Below are positions 60,885 through 64,000 of a stretch of 64,000 nucleotides of DNA, piece after piece. A model generated the notes under the pieces. The model saw only the letters and a list, made by a program, of their open reading frames with translations. It made no database searches and was not told where the DNA came from. The position numbers were made by a program, and so were the translations under genes. Origin of the DNA: Fistulifera solaris (lineage: Eukaryota); assembly GCA_030295235.1 (NCBI GenBank), contig AP026152.1, forward strand, positions 744,001-808,000, read 5' to 3'. Numbering within the stretch: position 1 is the first letter of the stretch; every line of letters begins with the position of its first letter.

Positions 60885-63538
60885 GATTTTGCTTTGAAAA
60901 GAAACAGAGTAAACGTTTATCAATCGAATGAGATATTCTCGGTGGCTTACGATGGCGAAAAAGCGGATGAATGGGAAGCGGAGGAATTTTGTGGGAAGAG
61001 CGGAGAAACGAGAGAAGTGTGACAAAGTGAGACATGACGTGGGCCACCCAGTTAGTTCTTGTCTACGTGGTATACCGAATGTATGGACTTGAAAGAAAAG
61101 GAATGTGGAGCAAAAAGTACCTAGGTGGCATCTGCGGGACATTGTTCTGCTTTGTTCGTGAGTTGAGTACGTGGCAGCTCGACAGAAACAACAAACAAGA
61201 AACATGACCAGAATTATTTCACGACTCACGACTCACGACATCGACATAGAGACATAAAGGGCAAAATAAAAATAAGTCGATTACCGGTACGATTACGGTT
61301 GTTATGATTGTGGTTGAGGATCTTGCATAACCTCACCCTATTGTAAGAGATGGGCACCGCACAAAACTTTTGCATGCAAAAGACTTCCGCAACGATAGCA
61401 CGACCATAATGAACGAGTGAATCAGCGAATAATAAACCTACAAGCAACGCGAATAATAACGAAATCTTGCCAACCAGTCGATATAATGAAGACAATTACA
61501 GCAACTAAGCCGCAGCAAATAAAAGGTTGTGTTAAAAACAAGACGGACGATGATTCGCAAAAGAACTTCTCTTTTCCGCACCGCAGCGCTGTTTGCCTCG
61601 AAGATCATTTCGATGCTTTCGAGTCCACGATAGTTCCTTTTACACCATTGATATAAAAAAGAAAAGAAGGAAACTTCAAAGAGATCAATTTGCTGCAACG
61701 AGTAGAGGAAAGGCTTTTATTTCAGGAAAACGAAGCACACGACCCACGTCCCCTAGTATTAGAACGAAGTCAAGCTGTATGGTGTCTGCACGATTGCTTG
61801 CTAGAGGATGATAGCGACCAAGAAGAAGAATAACTTGTCTTCTCCGCGAATCCTTGTTTTGCAGTTCACAAAAAGCGTCGCCTCAGATGGAATCATAGAA
61901 TTTAGGTCGATGATGCAAGATCGCTTTTTCTTCTTTTCGATATGAAAGAGAGTGTTTTCAAGTGTGAAGTACAAGTAGCTATTGCAAACGCTCATGAACG
62001 TTTGACGCGGCAATAACAATACATTTCATTTGGATGGGGATCTTCAATCATGCAGGCAAAACACGGAAGGAACCCGAAAATTTGATGCATCGCAAAATGT
62101 ATTCGATAAGTAAATCAAAGTCAATCTATAAACAAGCACCTCAGAACTATGATTTCAACACTGTCGCAGGTTTGGGCAATGATGTCGAGGATAATGATTG
62201 AGCCCCGGAAAATCTCCTGCCATGGTCTCTCAACATTCGGATGAAGAAATCGACTCACTTGCGGTGCTTGTATAATCGTGTCGAACCAAAGGATGCGGTT
62301 ATGGAGGTCGATACTGTGTCAAGGGTTCCCCTGATCGTTCAGAATTGCGTTGTGCTTGTTTTTCTATAACGCGCAAACTATCGGTCTCTTCGCTATTCGC
62401 CAATCGAAACACCGTTGGTTCGGGCGAGCGGCGCATGCCAGATGCTTCTTTGCGGCGCATGAATAAGAACAACCCATGGTGCTAAGCAATTGCAATAACG
62501 AACGTCTCTGCGACCCATAAACCGGGAAAATGTGATGACGAGTGGATGTGCAACGTCCTTTGATCGAAAGCATTTTCGTATGCAGTTTCGGTGTCCAGTC
62601 TCGAGTCGCGTCATCGCAGACGGTACACCGTGCGCTGTTGTCAATCAGAAACATCAGTCACAGAGGTAGGGGACAGAAACAAAAAACGTAACTTGGAGAC
62701 ACTGGGCAAAGTGTTAGAAAAGAGAAAAGTCGACACTCGAAAGTTCCGGAAGTATATAATCGTTCAGAAATTATCGGCTCAAATTCGTTAGGCTTTGCCG
62801 CAAGCCGCAAGCCGCAACCGCAACTCTCTCCAGCAACCAGCAATAGCCATTCGCAGACTCTATCTAAGAGAAGAAGGTATTTTCATAATTGTTTTTTGGA
62901 GTTCTGAAAGTCTGAAAGCATAGCCTCTGTAGACCAAGCCGTTCTAAAACTTTGCGGTTAATCATGACTGAAGTCCAGTCCTGGAAAATAGACCTCCACA
63001 CTTGAGGCTACAGTAAAGTTACAGTCGACAAAGAAATGCGGAGTAGTAATTGAATGCTAGGCAACACGCAAATGAATGTAATACTTGCTAGCACCTCCAT
63101 TCATGCATTCTCAGCCATCAGCACTCAGTTTTTGTAATGTAATTAGGCGGATATTATTCAGCGACACTTCAAAACCAAAGGCATGAAAGATAATACTTTC
63201 TCCACACGACGCACGGTCAATAAACCTCGGCTTCAGTAGTTTGCTTATTAGCTAGCATGTTGACCAGTCATCAATCATCAATTGAGAATCATAGGTACTT
63301 GATCGCAGTGCACCAAGCAAATTATAATAAAAAATTAAGATTGTTCATAACTCATGACTGAAATTCAGTCGTGACGAAAGGTCGCTTACACTTTGGATGT
63401 ACAGTTCTATTTCAGGCGCAAAAGATGAGCCATAATGAAATATTGCGAGAGGAGACAGATGAATGATTGTGGCGATAAAACAACGACTTCATTTGACCAG
63501 TTTTTATCACAACGATATCTTTCAGTCTTCTCTAGAGT

Positions 63539-64000
63539 ATGCGTCTCCCTGTCACTGTGCCTGTTTTTCCATTTGTGATACTTTTATCACAATTCGTTGC
63601 TTTGTCTGCGTTTAGCAGCACGAGAATACCTGAAAATGTCAAAATACTCATTCTACCCGGATTTGGGAACGATATGAGTGACTATTACTTATCGCAATAC
63701 CCCGAGGGATCGTTAGTGCAGTCGTTACGAAAACGCGGCTGGAACGAAGAGGTAATTCGTGTTTTGCCGTTACCCAAGCGCTCCGATTGGCTACAAGTAT
63801 TCTGGAAGGGAGCTTTCGATCCGCAATTTTGGGCCGGTCAAGCTCCGCCAATTCGTCCGGCTTTTGCGTGGTACTTACAACGAATTGCCAATACTATTCA
63901 AGAGATGAGAAACAGCGAAAGCGAAAGCGGCAGCGAATCGATATCGACTACTTCACCCAAAATTATTCTAATAGGTCATAGTGCAGGAGGATGGTTGGCT
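63539..64000 (+). CDS. PGAP1-like alpha/beta hydrolase (5' part; runs off the window), probably plastid-targeted
   Basis: Open frame from ATG 63539 with signal peptide ...VALSA-FSS, ILILPGFGNDMSDY and the nucleophile elbow LIGHSAGGWLA. It is absent from the ORF track because there is no stop in the window. Confidence 0.8.
   Translation, partial: MRLPVTVPVFPFVILLSQFVALSAFSSTRIPENVKILILPGFGNDMSDYYLSQYPEGSLVQSLRKRGWNEEVIRVLPLPKRSDWLQVFWKGAFDPQFWAGQAPPIRPAFAWYLQRIANTIQEMRNSESESGSESISTTSPKIILIGHSAGGWLA

Noticed and set aside
60885..61229. N-terminal extension of the U-box ORF
   Set aside because: It begins at a GTG within a CACGACT microrepeat and reads like 5' UTR/promoter. ATG 60884 is more plausible.
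61230..63500. ncRNA/tRNA/snoRNA in the 2.3-kb gene-free region
   Set aside because: No cloverleaf or convincing paired C/D boxes were seen by eye, only short microrepeats such as GCCGCAA at about 62800. An Rfam/tRNAscan run would be needed.

Overview
Gene-dense eukaryotic DNA, most consistent with a pennate diatom. The evidence is short GT-AG introns, bipartite signal-peptide plus 'AF' plastid presequences, a receptor cyclase-PDE fusion and a CoDi-like copia element. About 18 host genes are recognisable, including Ash2/Bre2, a NUGGC/SLIP-GC-like GTPase, LPA1-like, TVP15/COPI-associated, Borealin-like, BCNT/Swc5, two paralogous membrane LRR proteins, endonuclease V, LAMTOR2-like, TVP38, a TM-PDZ protein, a sugar-binding class C GPCR, a cyclase-PDE, a DOCK-like protein, a U-box protein and a PGAP1-like hydrolase. 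The centre (26266-39057) is a complete Ty3/gypsy element with 207/208-bp LTRs and TSD GCTTC. Its gag is interrupted by a complete antisense Ty1/copia element (30296-38124, TSD TTAGA) that has a half-tRNA-Asn-type primer binding site, a densely structured leader and an internal chromo-like domain. Two related palindrome-built tandem arrays (about 109-bp and 215-bp units) and a dispersed ~21-bp palindromic motif upstream of many genes are not explained by the gene content. Many conserved ORFs carry single-base frameshifts, often at homopolymers, which are probably assembly errors, so gene boundaries are approximate. All protein family calls come from motif recognition, not database searches.
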